64,000 nucleotides of DNA from an uncultured Prevotellaceae bacterium (lineage in GTDB: Bacteria > Bacteroidota > Bacteroidia > Bacteroidales > Bacteroidaceae), in the NCBI GenBank assembly GCA_900321425.1, contig ONWA01000018.1:15015-79014 (forward strand), read 5' to 3'. Below, piece by piece: positions 1 through 10,028 of the stretch. Numbering within the stretch: position 1 is the stretch's first letter; each line of letters opens with the position of its first letter. The translations under genes and the position numbers were made by a program. The notes beneath the pieces were generated by a model that searched no databases, was not told where the DNA came from, and saw nothing but the letters and a program-made list of their open reading frames with translations.

Positions 1-67
1 ACGCAGAGGTGAAAGCCCAAGCGTAAGAAATTTAAAGTTTAACCATTTAATGATAGGAGATAAGATT

Positions 68-493
68 ATGATGCCAGTTATGAGAAATTCAGCATGGTTG
101 CCAACAGTGTTTAATGACTTTTTTGACACTGAGTTTATGCCAAAGGCTAATGCCACAGCGCCAGCCATTAATGTAAAGGAGTCTGACAAGGAATACATTG
201 TAGAACTTGCAGCACCGGGCATGAAGAAGGAGGATTTTAATGTTCACATCAATGATGAGGGAAACCTGATCATCAAGATGGAACAGAAGACTGAGAAAAA
301 GGAGGAGGACAAGTCTATGCGCTATCTGCGTCGTGAGTTTAGCTACTCGAAGTTCGAACAGACGCTGATTCTGCCTGACGACGTGAAGAAAGATGCAATC
401 TCTGCCAAAGTAGAGCACGGAGTTCTTACAGTAGAACTGCCTAAGTTGGTAGAAGAGAAGGTAAAACTTTCAAGGCAGATAGATATCGCCTAA
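68..493 (+). CDS. Hsp20/alpha-crystallin small heat-shock protein
   Basis: PAINVKE...VELAAPG...YLRREFSYSKF...GVLTVELPK alpha-crystallin motifs; ATG at 68 preferred over TTA/ATG upstream start. Confidence 0.95.
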   Translation: MMPVMRNSAWLPTVFNDFFDTEFMPKANATAPAINVKESDKEYIVELAAPGMKKEDFNVHINDEGNLIIKMEQKTEKKEEDKSMRYLRREFSYSKFEQTLILPDDVKKDAISAKVEHGVLTVELPKLVEEKVKLSRQIDIA

Positions 494-505
494 AGGATTG
501 TTTCA

Positions 506-541
506 AGAAAAAAGCCCGCTCAGCTAAGCGGGCTTTTTCTT
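506..541. terminator. Bidirectional intrinsic terminator between hsp20 and trpB2
   Basis: AAAAAGCCCGCT-cagcta-AGCGGGCTTTTT stem flanked by A and T tracts between convergent genes. Confidence 0.9.
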
Positions 542-544
542 TGT

Positions 545-1909
545 TTATTGTTGTTTGTCGAGTTCTGCCAGATTTTGGGCAATCATCTCATCGGTGAGCG
601 TGTAGTTTTGCAGGTCACCCTTGATATACGACTCATAGCTTGGCATATCAATGAGACCGTGACCAGAGAGATTGAAGAGAATCACCTTCTCCTCACCGGT
701 CTCCTTACATTTGTTGGCCTCGCGGATAGTAGCTGCGATAGCGTGACAGCTCTCAGGTGCAGGAATGATACCTTCTGTACGAGCGAAGAGCATACCTGCC
801 TCGAAAGTCTCGAGTTGAGGAATATCAACACCATGCATCAGACCATCCTTGATTAGCTGAGAAATAATCATGCCGGCTCCATGATAGCGCAGACCGCCAG
901 CGTGGATATTGGAGGGCTTGAAGTTGTGACCGAGGGTATACATCGGCAACAATGGAGTATAGCCAGCCTCGTCGCCAAAATCGTAGCGGAACTGTCCACG
1001 TGTCAACTTCGGACAACTGTCGGGCTCGGCAGCAATAAACTCTGTATTCTTGCCGTCAAGCAGATTGTGGCGCATGAAGGGGAAGGAGATTCCTCCAAAA
1101 TTGGAACCACCACCAAAGCAACCGATGACAATATCAGGATATTCGCCAGCCATCGCCATCTGTTTTTCTGCCTCCAGACCAATGATGGTTTGGTGTAATC
1201 CAACGTGATTCAGTACGGAGCCCAATGTATATTTGCAATTAGGTGTTGTCGTTGCCAACTCTACAGCCTCTGAGATAGCAGTACCCAGTGAGCCAGAGTG
1301 CGTGGGATCCATTGTCAGGATATCTTTTCCTGCACGGGTTGACATGGATGGAGAGCCTGTGACTACCGCACCGAAAGTGCGCATAATCGAAGAGCGGTAT
1401 GGCTTCTGCTGCATCGTGATCTTCACTTGATAGACAGCACAGTCCAAACCGTAGATCTTAGCTGCATACGAAAGGGCTGCACCCCATTGTCCTGCGCCAG
1501 TCTCTGTGGTCACATTTGTTGTACCTTCTTGTTTGGCATAGTAACACTGGGGAAGGGCAGAGTTAATCTTATGTGATCCTAATGGGTTGACACTCTCGTT
1601 TTTAAAGTAGATATGTGCAGGCGTACCTAATGCTTCCTCAAGCGCATAAGCACGAACCAATGGTGTTGAACGATAGAATTTATATTTTTCGAGTACTTCC
1701 TCAGGAATATCTATCCAAGGGTGCTCCGTATCTAACTCCTGAACACAGCATTCACGGGGGAAGATGTGCGCAAGGTCGTCAACGCCTAATGGCTGTTTGG
1801 TGGCAGGGTGAATAGGCGGCAGGGGCTTGTTCGGCATATCCGCTTGGATGTTATACCACTGTGTAGGTATCTCACTCTCCTGAAGGATGAATTTTTTCTG
1901 TTTGCTCAT
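545..1909 (-). CDS. trpB2: TrpB2-type (TrpB-like) PLP-dependent enzyme
   Basis: GSHKIN PLP lysine, TETGAGQWG, GGGSNF, HAGGLRYHG, PAPES, NLSGHG; 454 aa; no adjacent trpA. Confidence 0.92.
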   Translation of the reverse strand: MSKQKKFILQESEIPTQWYNIQADMPNKPLPPIHPATKQPLGVDDLAHIFPRECCVQELDTEHPWIDIPEEVLEKYKFYRSTPLVRAYALEEALGTPAHIYFKNESVNPLGSHKINSALPQCYYAKQEGTTNVTTETGAGQWGAALSYAAKIYGLDCAVYQVKITMQQKPYRSSIMRTFGAVVTGSPSMSTRAGKDILTMDPTHSGSLGTAISEAVELATTTPNCKYTLGSVLNHVGLHQTIIGLEAEKQMAMAGEYPDIVIGCFGGGSNFGGISFPFMRHNLLDGKNTEFIAAEPDSCPKLTRGQFRYDFGDEAGYTPLLPMYTLGHNFKPSNIHAGGLRYHGAGMIISQLIKDGLMHGVDIPQLETFEAGMLFARTEGIIPAPESCHAIAATIREANKCKETGEEKVILFNLSGHGLIDMPSYESYIKGDLQNYTLTDEMIAQNLAELDKQQ

Positions 1910-2010
1910 TGATGTTTGGCTTTAATGGGTTATTGCGTTCTCGTTTTGTTGTTGAGTTGCAAAATTACGTATAATATTTGAAAAGAAAGATATTTTTAGC
2001 AGAAAATTAT

Positions 2011-2018
2011 TACTTTTG
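2011..2018 (+). promoter_or_regulatory. Bacteroidota -7 promoter element, probably giving a leaderless mRNA
   Basis: TACTTTTG only 4 nt before the ATG at 2023. Confidence 0.6.
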
Positions 2019-2022
2019 CACC

Positions 2023-3459
2023 ATGATTGTGCTGATAACTGTATTTTTATACTTTTTTGCGCTTTTCTTGGTGAGTCGTCTGACGGTTCATCGCTCGAAT
2101 AACGATACCTTCTTTCGAGCTGGTCGCCGTTCCCCTTGGTATATGGTGGCTTTTGGAATGGTGGGCGCCTCTATCTCAGGGGTAACCTTTGTCTCTGTTC
2201 CAGGTATGGTTATGAGCATCGATATGACTTACTTACAAATGTGTATCGGCTTTATTTTTGGCTATTTTGCTGTGGCGTTCTTATTACTGCCAGTGTATTA
2301 CCGCCTGAATTTGACCACTATCTATACTTATTTAGGTCAACGGTTTGGAAGAAGATCGTATAAGACGGGAGCCTCTTTTTTCCTGCTATCAAAGATGTCG
2401 GGTGCTGCCGTGCGGTTTTATGTGGTCTGTATGATTCTTCAGCAATTCGTGTTCGATGCGATGGGCATTCCTTTTGTCCTGACGGTGGTGGGTATGGTCT
2501 TGCTTATCTGGCTCTATACCCGTCGAGGGGGGATCAAGACTCTGGTTTTAACAGATACTTTCCAGACTGTATGTCTGTTTACTGCTTTGTTACTTATTAT
2601 TGGGCACGTAGTGGGAGATCTCGGTTTGACGATGGGGAGTGCCTGGGAGACCATTGTCTCGGATACGAAAAGTAGGGTATTCGTCTTCGATAACTGGGTA
2701 TCCAAACAGAATTTCTGGAAACAGTTGATGAGCGGTATCTTTGTTGTCATCGTGATGACGGGTCTTGATCAGGATATGATGCAGAAAAACCTGACTTGCA
2801 AGTCGCTTCGTGATGCTCAGAAGGATATGTGTACCTATGGTGTTGCTTTTCTGCCTGCAAATCTCTTGTTTTTGGCGCTGGGTGTTCTGCTCGTACATTG
2901 GTGTGATGCCAAGGGGATAGCTTTGCCTCAAACGGGTGATGGTCTCCTTCCCCAATTTGTTGAAGGGACCGGCACTACCATAATGGTATTATTCACAATT
3001 GGACTTTTGGCAGCTTCATTCTCCAGCGCTGACTCCGCCTTGACTTCGCTCACAACGAGCTATTGTGTAGATATTCGTGAACAGCCAGGAAATGAGCGGT
3101 TGCGCAAACGGGCACATCTCTTGATATGTTTGGTGTTTGCAGCTTTTATCGTGTTGTTCCGCATCTTGAACTCTACCAGCATTATTGATGCAATATACGT
3201 TCTGTGTAGCTATACATATGGGCCATTACTGGGCCTGTTTGCCTATGGACTATTGACACGTCATCCCGTCAATGATCGTTGGGTACCTGTGATTGCTGTG
3301 CTTTCACCCTTATTATGCCTGACCATTGATCATGTTACTTCTTTATTGACGGGATATCAGTTTGGCTACGAGTTATTGATTCTCAACGGAGCCCTTACGT
3401 TTGTGGGCTTGTATTGCTCGAGATATATTCCGTCGGTTGAAGACCCGTTACTTTCTTAA
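2023..3459 (+). CDS. Sodium:solute symporter family protein
   Basis: About 13 hydrophobic segments; FFRAGRRSPW, GASISGVTFVSVPG, GGIKT, GLDQDMMQK, SSADS motifs of the SSS family. Confidence 0.9.
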   Translation: MIVLITVFLYFFALFLVSRLTVHRSNNDTFFRAGRRSPWYMVAFGMVGASISGVTFVSVPGMVMSIDMTYLQMCIGFIFGYFAVAFLLLPVYYRLNLTTIYTYLGQRFGRRSYKTGASFFLLSKMSGAAVRFYVVCMILQQFVFDAMGIPFVLTVVGMVLLIWLYTRRGGIKTLVLTDTFQTVCLFTALLLIIGHVVGDLGLTMGSAWETIVSDTKSRVFVFDNWVSKQNFWKQLMSGIFVVIVMTGLDQDMMQKNLTCKSLRDAQKDMCTYGVAFLPANLLFLALGVLLVHWCDAKGIALPQTGDGLLPQFVEGTGTTIMVLFTIGLLAASFSSADSALTSLTTSYCVDIREQPGNERLRKRAHLLICLVFAAFIVLFRILNSTSIIDAIYVLCSYTYGPLLGLFAYGLLTRHPVNDRWVPVIAVLSPLLCLTIDHVTSLLTGYQFGYELLILNGALTFVGLYCSRYIPSVEDPLLS

Positions 3460-5086
3460 AACAGGTAGAGAAGTATTTGGGATCTCTAAAACCAACACGA
3501 TAGGCTAGATCGCTGATGCGTATATCTTGCTCTTGGTTCATGATGTCAATAGCCTTTTTGATGCGGATATCGCGGATGAAGTTGCTGATGTTGGTGCCTG
3601 TGGCAGCTCTGATTTTATTATAGAGTGTCGAAGTGCTTGCTCCCATGTCGGCTGCAAACTGGGTGCGGTCATAGTCGGAATCCTGTAAATGGGCGAGAAC
3701 GGTTTCTTTTGCACGTTTGATAAATAGTTCTTGCTCTGTCATGATGTGGGTCACTCTGGGGATTTCCTGCTGTTCTTCTGGATTCCCCTTTACCTCACCA
3801 TGAATACGTTGACGGTTAGAGATGATATTATCTATACGGAGCTGTAGCTCTCCCATTCTGAATGGTTTCATCAGATAGTCGTCTGCTCCCGCCTTATAGG
3901 CCTCAATACGGTCTTCCTCCTGTGTTTTCGCTGAGATTAGGATGACGGGCAAGTAACTATAGTCTGGATCATTCTTGAGAATCTTCATCATTTCGAGTCC
4001 GTCCATACCGGGCATCATAATGTCAGAGACAACAATATCAATAGTGTTTTCCTTGATGATTTTGATACCTTCCTTGCCAGTGGTGGCTGTATGCACATGG
4101 TAATGGCTTTTCAGGACGTGACTCATCATTACCAACAGTTCCTGGTTGTCTTCAATAATCAGCACATGTGGTGCTTTCTCGTCGATGTTCTGATCTGTTT
4201 CGGGTTGGAGGTATGATGTAGGCAAGGATTGCGACGCGTTGTTATTACCAGGAGGTATCTGGAAGGAATGTATATTGCGTTCATCAATCTCCTCCTTACT
4301 GTAGGCATCTTTTCCAATCGGAATCACCACGGTAAAGGTTGTTCCTTTACCTTCTTCACTTTCACATTTGATCGTGCCGTGATGCAGATAGACGAGATCG
4401 CGTGTCAGGGCGAGTCCAATGCCTGTACCGCTGGTCTGCAACAATCGGTAGTCGCCATCATAGAAACGGTGGAAGAGTCTTTTCATCTTGCCTTTAGGGA
4501 TGCCGATTCCATTATCTGCCACACGAATGATGAGTTGATTAAAATATGGATTTGTACGAACGTCTAACTCAATCCTGCCATCTGTTTTTTGGGTGTATTT
4601 GGCAGCGTTCGATAGTAGGTTATAGATAATTTTATCTATTTTGTCGGTATCAATCCATCCCATCATGCTTGCGGGAACACATTCTATTTTGAAATCCACT
4701 CCACTCTTACGCATTAGTGGTATGATACATCGTGCCGTTTCCTGAATATATTTCATCACGTCGCCATTCAATACCTGCAACTTGAGTTCTCCCGATTGCG
4801 ACTTGCTCGCTTCCAGAATCTGCTGGAGCAGTCTCACCATTCGTTGAATGTTCATGTCCATCATCTCATAGTCTTGCTGATAGGCTGGGGCATGCTCACG
4901 CAGGTGTTCAACGGAGGCGGAGACCACTGTGAGTGGTGTTAGCAACTCATGAGTGATATTGGTGAAGATTTTATCCATTTGGAGGCGATTTCTCATTCGT
5001 ACACTACGCAGATAAATCACTCTGATTATCCAAAAGACAACCAAGATAACGGTGATGGCAGGTATAATTATTATTAATAATTCCAT
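3395..5086 (-). CDS. Hybrid histidine kinase/receiver/AraC regulator with one N-terminal TM helix and no periplasmic sensor
   Basis: H-box THELLTPLT, N-box NLLSNAAKY, DNGIGI, GTGIGL; receiver IIEDN...SDIMMPGMDG...KPF; AraC HTH VGFRDPKYFSTCFKK. Confidence 0.92.
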   Translation of the reverse strand: MELLIIIIPAITVILVVFWIIRVIYLRSVRMRNRLQMDKIFTNITHELLTPLTVVSASVEHLREHAPAYQQDYEMMDMNIQRMVRLLQQILEASKSQSGELKLQVLNGDVMKYIQETARCIIPLMRKSGVDFKIECVPASMMGWIDTDKIDKIIYNLLSNAAKYTQKTDGRIELDVRTNPYFNQLIIRVADNGIGIPKGKMKRLFHRFYDGDYRLLQTSGTGIGLALTRDLVYLHHGTIKCESEEGKGTTFTVVIPIGKDAYSKEEIDERNIHSFQIPPGNNNASQSLPTSYLQPETDQNIDEKAPHVLIIEDNQELLVMMSHVLKSHYHVHTATTGKEGIKIIKENTIDIVVSDIMMPGMDGLEMMKILKNDPDYSYLPVILISAKTQEEDRIEAYKAGADDYLMKPFRMGELQLRIDNIISNRQRIHGEVKGNPEEQQEIPRVTHIMTEQELFIKRAKETVLAHLQDSDYDRTQFAADMGASTSTLYNKIRAATGTNISNFIRDIRIKKAIDIMNQEQDIRISDLAYRVGFRDPKYFSTCFKKVTGLQPTEYISSNTSPQT

Positions 5087-5284
5087 TTTTCTATTGAATT
5101 TTCGTTGCGAAGATATATTTTTTTTGCGAAAATCGATAAAAATCGAATAAAAATTTTACAGAATATGCTTAAAATAGTTGATAAAACGTTATTTTAGGTC
5201 GAAAATATGTGAATATCACGATTTTTAAACCTTAATTAATAAAATGTGAACCACTCGATGTGATAAAGATGTTATCTTTGCATC

Positions 5285-5377
5285 GAAAAGATTTTTAATG
5301 GTTAAGGTTTATGGTTGATTAATTTAGTTTTTAAAGTTTCATAAAAAAGGCTTCGCTGTGACAGCGAGGCCTTTTTT
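5285..5377 (+). ncRNA. Candidate small RNA (orphan promoter followed by a terminator)
   Basis: TATCTTTG at 5273-5280 followed by about 95 nt with no useful ORF, ending in AAGGCTTCGCTG-tga-CAGCGAGGCCTTTTTT. Confidence 0.5.
5343..5377. terminator. Bidirectional intrinsic terminator
   Basis: AAAAAAGGCTTCGCTG/CAGCGAGGCCTTTTTT; also serves trxB on the minus strand. Confidence 0.88.
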
Positions 5378-5398
5378 ACAATCCGTTGTGTGGTATTA

Positions 5399-6334
5399 TT
5401 ATCTGTTGAGCAGATAGCGTTCAGCTTCTATGGCGGCTTGACAACCGCTTCCTGCAGCACTGATAGCCTGACGGTAGACTGGATCAGCGCAGTCGCCTGC
5501 TACAAACACTCCTGGAATCTTAGTCTTGGGTGTACCGTCTATTTTCTTCAAATAGCCAGTCTCATCCATATCTAGCCATTCTTTGAAGATATCTGTATTG
5601 GGTTTATGTCCGATAGCGAGGAAGAATCCGTCAATGGCAATGTCAACGAGTGTCTCGTCGGTTTCTCCTTTGCGTTTTACGAGGTGTGCGCCCTCTACGC
5701 CGTTCTCTCCAAATAGTCCTAGTGTGTTGTGCTCAAACAGGATTTCAATGTTTTCTGTATCTTTCACTCGCTGTTGCATCACTTGTGAGGCTCTAAGGAA
5801 AGGTTTTCTGACAATCAGGTACACTTTTTTTGCCAACCCGGCAAGATATAGCGCATCTTCACATGCCGTATCTCCTCCTCCAACTACTGCGACTGTTTTT
5901 TTACGATAGAAGAAACCGTCGCAGGTGGCACATGCACTCACCCCCTGTCCGTTATATTTGCGTTCATCGTCGAGACCCAAGTATTTGGCTGAGGCTCCTG
6001 TAGCGATAATGACTGTATCGGCTTCTATCTCCGTGCCGTCCTCAGCCGTGCATCGGTAGGGTGATGTTGAGAAATCGACCTTGGTAATCTCTCCGTCACG
6101 GATATCTGTTCCGAAGCGTTCTGCCTGCTCGCGCAGATCCATCATCATCTGATTACCGTCTACTCCCTGGGGGTATCCTGGAAAATTTTCTACTTCGGTA
6201 GTCTGTGTTAGCTGACCACCTGGTTGCATTCCGCTATATTCAATGGGACTGAGGTTTGCCCTTGAAGCGTAAATGGCAGCGGTATACCCTGCGGGACCGC
6301 TGCCAATAATTAAACATTTAGTATGTTCTGCCAT
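5399..6334 (-). CDS. trxB: Thioredoxin-disulfide reductase
   Basis: IIGSGPAGYTAA, GGQL, CATCDG redox motif, VVGGGDTA, GVFVAGD, YRQA. Confidence 0.97.
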   Translation of the reverse strand: MAEHTKCLIIGSGPAGYTAAIYASRANLSPIEYSGMQPGGQLTQTTEVENFPGYPQGVDGNQMMMDLREQAERFGTDIRDGEITKVDFSTSPYRCTAEDGTEIEADTVIIATGASAKYLGLDDERKYNGQGVSACATCDGFFYRKKTVAVVGGGDTACEDALYLAGLAKKVYLIVRKPFLRASQVMQQRVKDTENIEILFEHNTLGLFGENGVEGAHLVKRKGETDETLVDIAIDGFFLAIGHKPNTDIFKEWLDMDETGYLKKIDGTPKTKIPGVFVAGDCADPVYRQAISAAGSGCQAAIEAERYLLNR

Positions 6335-6348
6335 TGTTTATAGAACAA

Positions 6349-6900
6349 TTATTTCAGAAGTTCTTCTATTTGTTTTTCGATATTCTCCATCTTCTCTGTC
6401 GGCTCAAAGCGTGCAATCACTTGTCCTTTCTTATTGATCAGGAATTTGGTGAAATTCCACTTGATATCAGCCTTTTCCTTATAGTCAGGGTCAGCTTTGC
6501 TCAACATATCTTCCAAGATTGGGGCGATAGGGTGGGTCATATCCCAGCCGGCAAAGCCCTTTTGCTCTTTGAGAAACTTGAACAGAGGCTCGGCATCGTC
6601 ACCATTCACCTTCACCTTCTTGAAACGTGGGAATTCTGTACCGAAGTTGAGTTTGCAGAACTCATGTATGCTCTCGTCAGTGCCTGGTGCCTGCTGGCCG
6701 AACTGGTTGCAAGGGAAGTCGAGGATCTCAAATCCATCTTTATGGTACTTCTCGTACAGTTTTTCCAGCTCGTCATATTGTGGAGTGAAACCACACTTTG
6801 TAGCGGTATTGACGATCAGTAATACTTCGTTCGCATACTCCTTGAGTGATACGTCCTTTCCTTTTCTGTCCTTGACAGAGAATTCATAAATTGTTTTCAT
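6349..6900 (-). CDS. Glutathione peroxidase family protein (Cys type)
   Basis: VNTATKCGFTPQY, FPCNQFGQQ, KWNFTKFL signatures. Confidence 0.95.
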   Translation of the reverse strand: MKTIYEFSVKDRKGKDVSLKEYANEVLLIVNTATKCGFTPQYDELEKLYEKYHKDGFEILDFPCNQFGQQAPGTDESIHEFCKLNFGTEFPRFKKVKVNGDDAEPLFKFLKEQKGFAGWDMTHPIAPILEDMLSKADPDYKEKADIKWNFTKFLINKKGQVIARFEPTEKMENIEKQIEELLK

Positions 6901-6921
6901 TCTTATGTTGTTGAAATATAA

Positions 6922-7890
6922 TTATAAGTTCCAATCAGAGAGAACTCCGAAGCTGCTTTCGACTTCAGTCTGCTGCGCCTCAGGTACATTCTTGAAGAAA
7001 TTGATGCCTGTCAACTCCTCCAACTGGTCAATGGTCTTCACATAGGTAGAGAGCGTCTTGTTTGTCGCATTGTATTCTACCCAGAAGCCGATGGCCTTAA
7101 GGTCATTGCCTTTTCTGCTCATTACGGCCATAAAATAGTATTTGGGGACGGGGATATGGTTGGCGTTCACCTTAGTCTTCTGGTGACTGCCATTGCAAAT
7201 CCATTCGTAGATATTCTCAGCCTTATCGATAGTACCTCCTTTAGCTACGTAGAGCGTATCGCAAGAAGAGGATTTTGCCCACTCGCGAACCTTAGCTTCC
7301 ATGTCCGACCATACACCAGCATTAAAGGAATTGTACTGAGGTTGCATATTGGTCAGGAAGAATGTTTGGTAGTTGGCATTAAATGAACCTTGTCTGTCGG
7401 CTGAAGGACAGATATGCCCGTGGTCATAGCCCGAAGATTTATATGGATCAACGGTCATCCTATACTTGGATGCAATATCAGGATCGTTAGGATACTGACT
7501 GTTGGAAGTAAGTGTCTCATTATTAGAGGCAGTATATCTGCTCACATTGATCTGTAAAGCGTTCTTATAGAGTTTATAGCAGCTCCAACGCTGAGCATTG
7601 ATTGTGGGATCCCACTCAACGGCATAGTTTACTTCCACTTTCGAGCTGGCTTTGTCGTTGATGACAGCGCGATGAACAACGAGTACGCTGCCGCTTTTCA
7701 GTTCTGGAACGTCCAGACTGCTACTTGCGTATGCCTTGTTTGCTTCTGTGATTTCCTCATTTGTGTTTTCGTCATCACCGGTCTGGCTTTCAATAGACTG
7801 TCCGATGGGGATGTAGATTTCTTCATCCTTGCATGCTGTAAGTGCCAATGCTACAAAGGCACATACAATGAGTTTGGTAGTAGGCTTCAT
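6922..7890 (-). CDS. DNA/RNA non-specific endonuclease lipoprotein (NucA/EndoG-like)
   Basis: Lipobox LTAC; GYDHGHICPSADR, TFFLTNMQPQ, FNAGVW, IPVPKYY. Confidence 0.92.
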   Translation of the reverse strand: MKPTTKLIVCAFVALALTACKDEEIYIPIGQSIESQTGDDENTNEEITEANKAYASSSLDVPELKSGSVLVVHRAVINDKASSKVEVNYAVEWDPTINAQRWSCYKLYKNALQINVSRYTASNNETLTSNSQYPNDPDIASKYRMTVDPYKSSGYDHGHICPSADRQGSFNANYQTFFLTNMQPQYNSFNAGVWSDMEAKVREWAKSSSCDTLYVAKGGTIDKAENIYEWICNGSHQKTKVNANHIPVPKYYFMAVMSRKGNDLKAIGFWVEYNATNKTLSTYVKTIDQLEELTGINFFKNVPEAQQTEVESSFGVLSDWNL

Positions 7891-7995
7891 AAGTTAATGT
7901 TTATAGAATCTGGCTTTTTTTGATGATAAAAGGTACCTCCAAGGCATATGCAACTACCATGGACGTACCCTTATAAATTCTTGCTGTTAAGTATT

Positions 7996-8250
7996 TTATT
8001 TCTTCGCAGCCTTACCGTAGCGGCTCATGAACTTATCGACACGTCCTGCGGTGTCAACGAGCTTGCTCTTACCTGTGTAGAATGGGTGTGAGCTACTTGA
8101 GATTTCGACTTTTACCACTGGGTAAGTTTCACCTTCAAATTCCACTGTGTCGTTTGTCTTTGCTGTGGACTTTGTAAGGAACATATCGCCGTTGGACATG
8201 TCCTTAAACACGACGGGGCGATAGTTTTCTGGATGAATTCCTTTTTTCAT
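7996..8250 (-). CDS. rpmE2: 50S ribosomal protein L31 type B
   Basis: [17 protein letters not shown]...[10 protein letters not shown]...GRVDKF; no Zn-binding cysteines. Confidence 0.97.
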   Translation of the reverse strand: MKKGIHPENYRPVVFKDMSNGDMFLTKSTAKTNDTVEFEGETYPVVKVEISSSSHPFYTGKSKLVDTAGRVDKFMSRYGKAAKK

Positions 8251-8367
8251 TTTGTTTAAATTGTTATATGAATACTATTAAAATATGTGCATATTGCGGT
8301 GCAAAGGTACGAAGAATTTTTGGATTCCGCAAGTTATTTGCTTGATTTTATTAAAAAGGTAGCAAAA

Positions 8368-8400
8368 AGAAGAGGTGCACCCGTTGGCGCACCTCCACTT
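8368..8400 (-). terminator. Probable terminator of the PUL transcript
   Basis: GAGGTGC...GCACCTC stem with an A-run on its left (U tract on the minus strand). Confidence 0.55.
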
Positions 8401-8418
8401 CTATAGGGTATGTGAATA

Positions 8419-10014
8419 TTATTCTCCTAACCAGCGTGGGTCACCGGCTCCGAGCTCTTGATAAGCTGGTTTCACGGTGAAGTCTCCATTCTCAGGATCA
8501 GCGAATACGGCTGAAGCCTCTACGTCGATCAGTTCAACACCAGCAAAGCTCTTATACCAATCGTTGGTACAATAGGTGTTGGATACTGTTGGAGCAGCAG
8601 ATGCACGGATAACCTTACCTGTATTGTCGTCTGCGCTCTTACCCATCAGTACATTCTCAAAGATGAAGCTGTCAGCACCATAGCCTGTTCCACCGAAGTC
8701 GATGAAGTACTGTGCGTTACCACAGATGTTGTACAATGTAGTGTTGACGATTCTCAATACGGTGAGGTTGTTGTCACGCTGTATCAGGCACTTACCATTG
8801 GTTGCGGAGTTGTAGATAGTACTGTTCTCAATCACAACACTCTGTACGGTTGCCTTACGTAAGTCGAAGATAGAGTAGTTGTTTCCGCAGTCGCTGATGA
8901 GACACTTCTTCACGTTAATATTCGTAATCTTCACGTCGGCTGTGCTCTGTGTACGGACGAAGGTGTTGCCTGTGAATCCGCTAATATTACAGAGTTCGAA
9001 CGACAGGTTGGTGACGTCACAAGCCTTGTTCTGGTTCAGCAGGTAGCCTGTACCTACCAGTTTCACCTTCTGGAAGGCAACCACATTGTGTGTACCGTTA
9101 ACGTACAATATCTTACCGCCGAAGTCCAGCGTAGGCATATTGTCCTTGTCGCCATAGAAGTAAACAGACATTCCGTCTGGCAAAATGGTATTGTCGGTAC
9201 TTCCATCCTCTTCCTTAATGCTAACGAAAGGAATAGTCTGTCCTGCAGGAATCTTTACCAAAACGGTGTAATTGGTCTTACCATCATTAGCAGCCTGAGC
9301 GGCAGCGTCCTTGAGCAGTTGTCCCATTGAGTATGTGCTGGTGATGTTACTTGCGTCATAAGAATAGTCTGCTGTAGGCTCACCAATCTCAGTGGTCTGA
9401 GAAATTTCACCGCGACGCTTTCCTGTCATCGATACTACAAAGGTGTAGTTAGTACCACCTGTCAGTCCGGTAACGGTATAAGTGCCGCTTCCCAAACCGC
9501 TGGTAATGGTCTGTACAACCGTTTCGCCCTGCTTAACCTCCAAGAGGTCGATGGTCTTGTTTACAGGCCATGTCAGTGTGATAGAAGTCTCCTCAACCTT
9601 ATTATAAGGAATAGAGAGTATCTGTTCAGCAGCAGTAGCACGTGTGATTTCTGACCAGCGAGACTCCTCGAGTCCCTCAGCGATACCCTTCACGCGGATG
9701 TTATACTCAGTCTCACCGAGCAGGTCGGTCAATACATAAGAAGTAGCAGCTGTCTCTACTTGGATAGCAGGAGTGCCAGAGTAGGTAGGATCCTCTACGT
9801 ATGCTTCCAGGATATAGCTCTCGGCATTGCTCATGGCATCCCAGCTGACGGTGATGCTTGGCTCCATCTGGTTAGAGACGGCCTTCAGGTTTGTAGGCGA
9901 GAGGACCTTGGTTAGGCCCATCTCTTTTGCCTGGTCTGCGTCGCTACATGATGTCAGCAGCATGGCTCCCAGTGCTACGACAACAGTGCAAACGGATAAT
10001 AGATATTTTTTCAT
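8419..10014 (-). CDS. Surface lipoprotein with FN3 and beta-helix (DUF4957/DUF5123-like) domains; probable glycan-binding protein of a pectin PUL
   Basis: Lipobox LTSC; FN3-like segments; C-terminal FADPENGDFT...GAGDPRW; lies after susD. Confidence 0.75.
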   Translation of the reverse strand: MKKYLLSVCTVVVALGAMLLTSCSDADQAKEMGLTKVLSPTNLKAVSNQMEPSITVSWDAMSNAESYILEAYVEDPTYSGTPAIQVETAATSYVLTDLLGETEYNIRVKGIAEGLEESRWSEITRATAAEQILSIPYNKVEETSITLTWPVNKTIDLLEVKQGETVVQTITSGLGSGTYTVTGLTGGTNYTFVVSMTGKRRGEISQTTEIGEPTADYSYDASNITSTYSMGQLLKDAAAQAANDGKTNYTVLVKIPAGQTIPFVSIKEEDGSTDNTILPDGMSVYFYGDKDNMPTLDFGGKILYVNGTHNVVAFQKVKLVGTGYLLNQNKACDVTNLSFELCNISGFTGNTFVRTQSTADVKITNINVKKCLISDCGNNYSIFDLRKATVQSVVIENSTIYNSATNGKCLIQRDNNLTVLRIVNTTLYNICGNAQYFIDFGGTGYGADSFIFENVLMGKSADDNTGKVIRASAAPTVSNTYCTNDWYKSFAGVELIDVEASAVFADPENGDFTVKPAYQELGAGDPRWLGE

Positions 10015-10028
10015 ATTCTTATAATCGT

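Noticed and set aside
1-49. Small hairpin in the hsp20 leader (possible RNA thermometer)
   Set aside because: Weak stem, truncated by the window edge; cannot be supported.
6349-6900. Selenocysteine in the glutathione peroxidase
   Set aside because: The active site is an ordinary Cys (TKCG) with no in-frame TGA.
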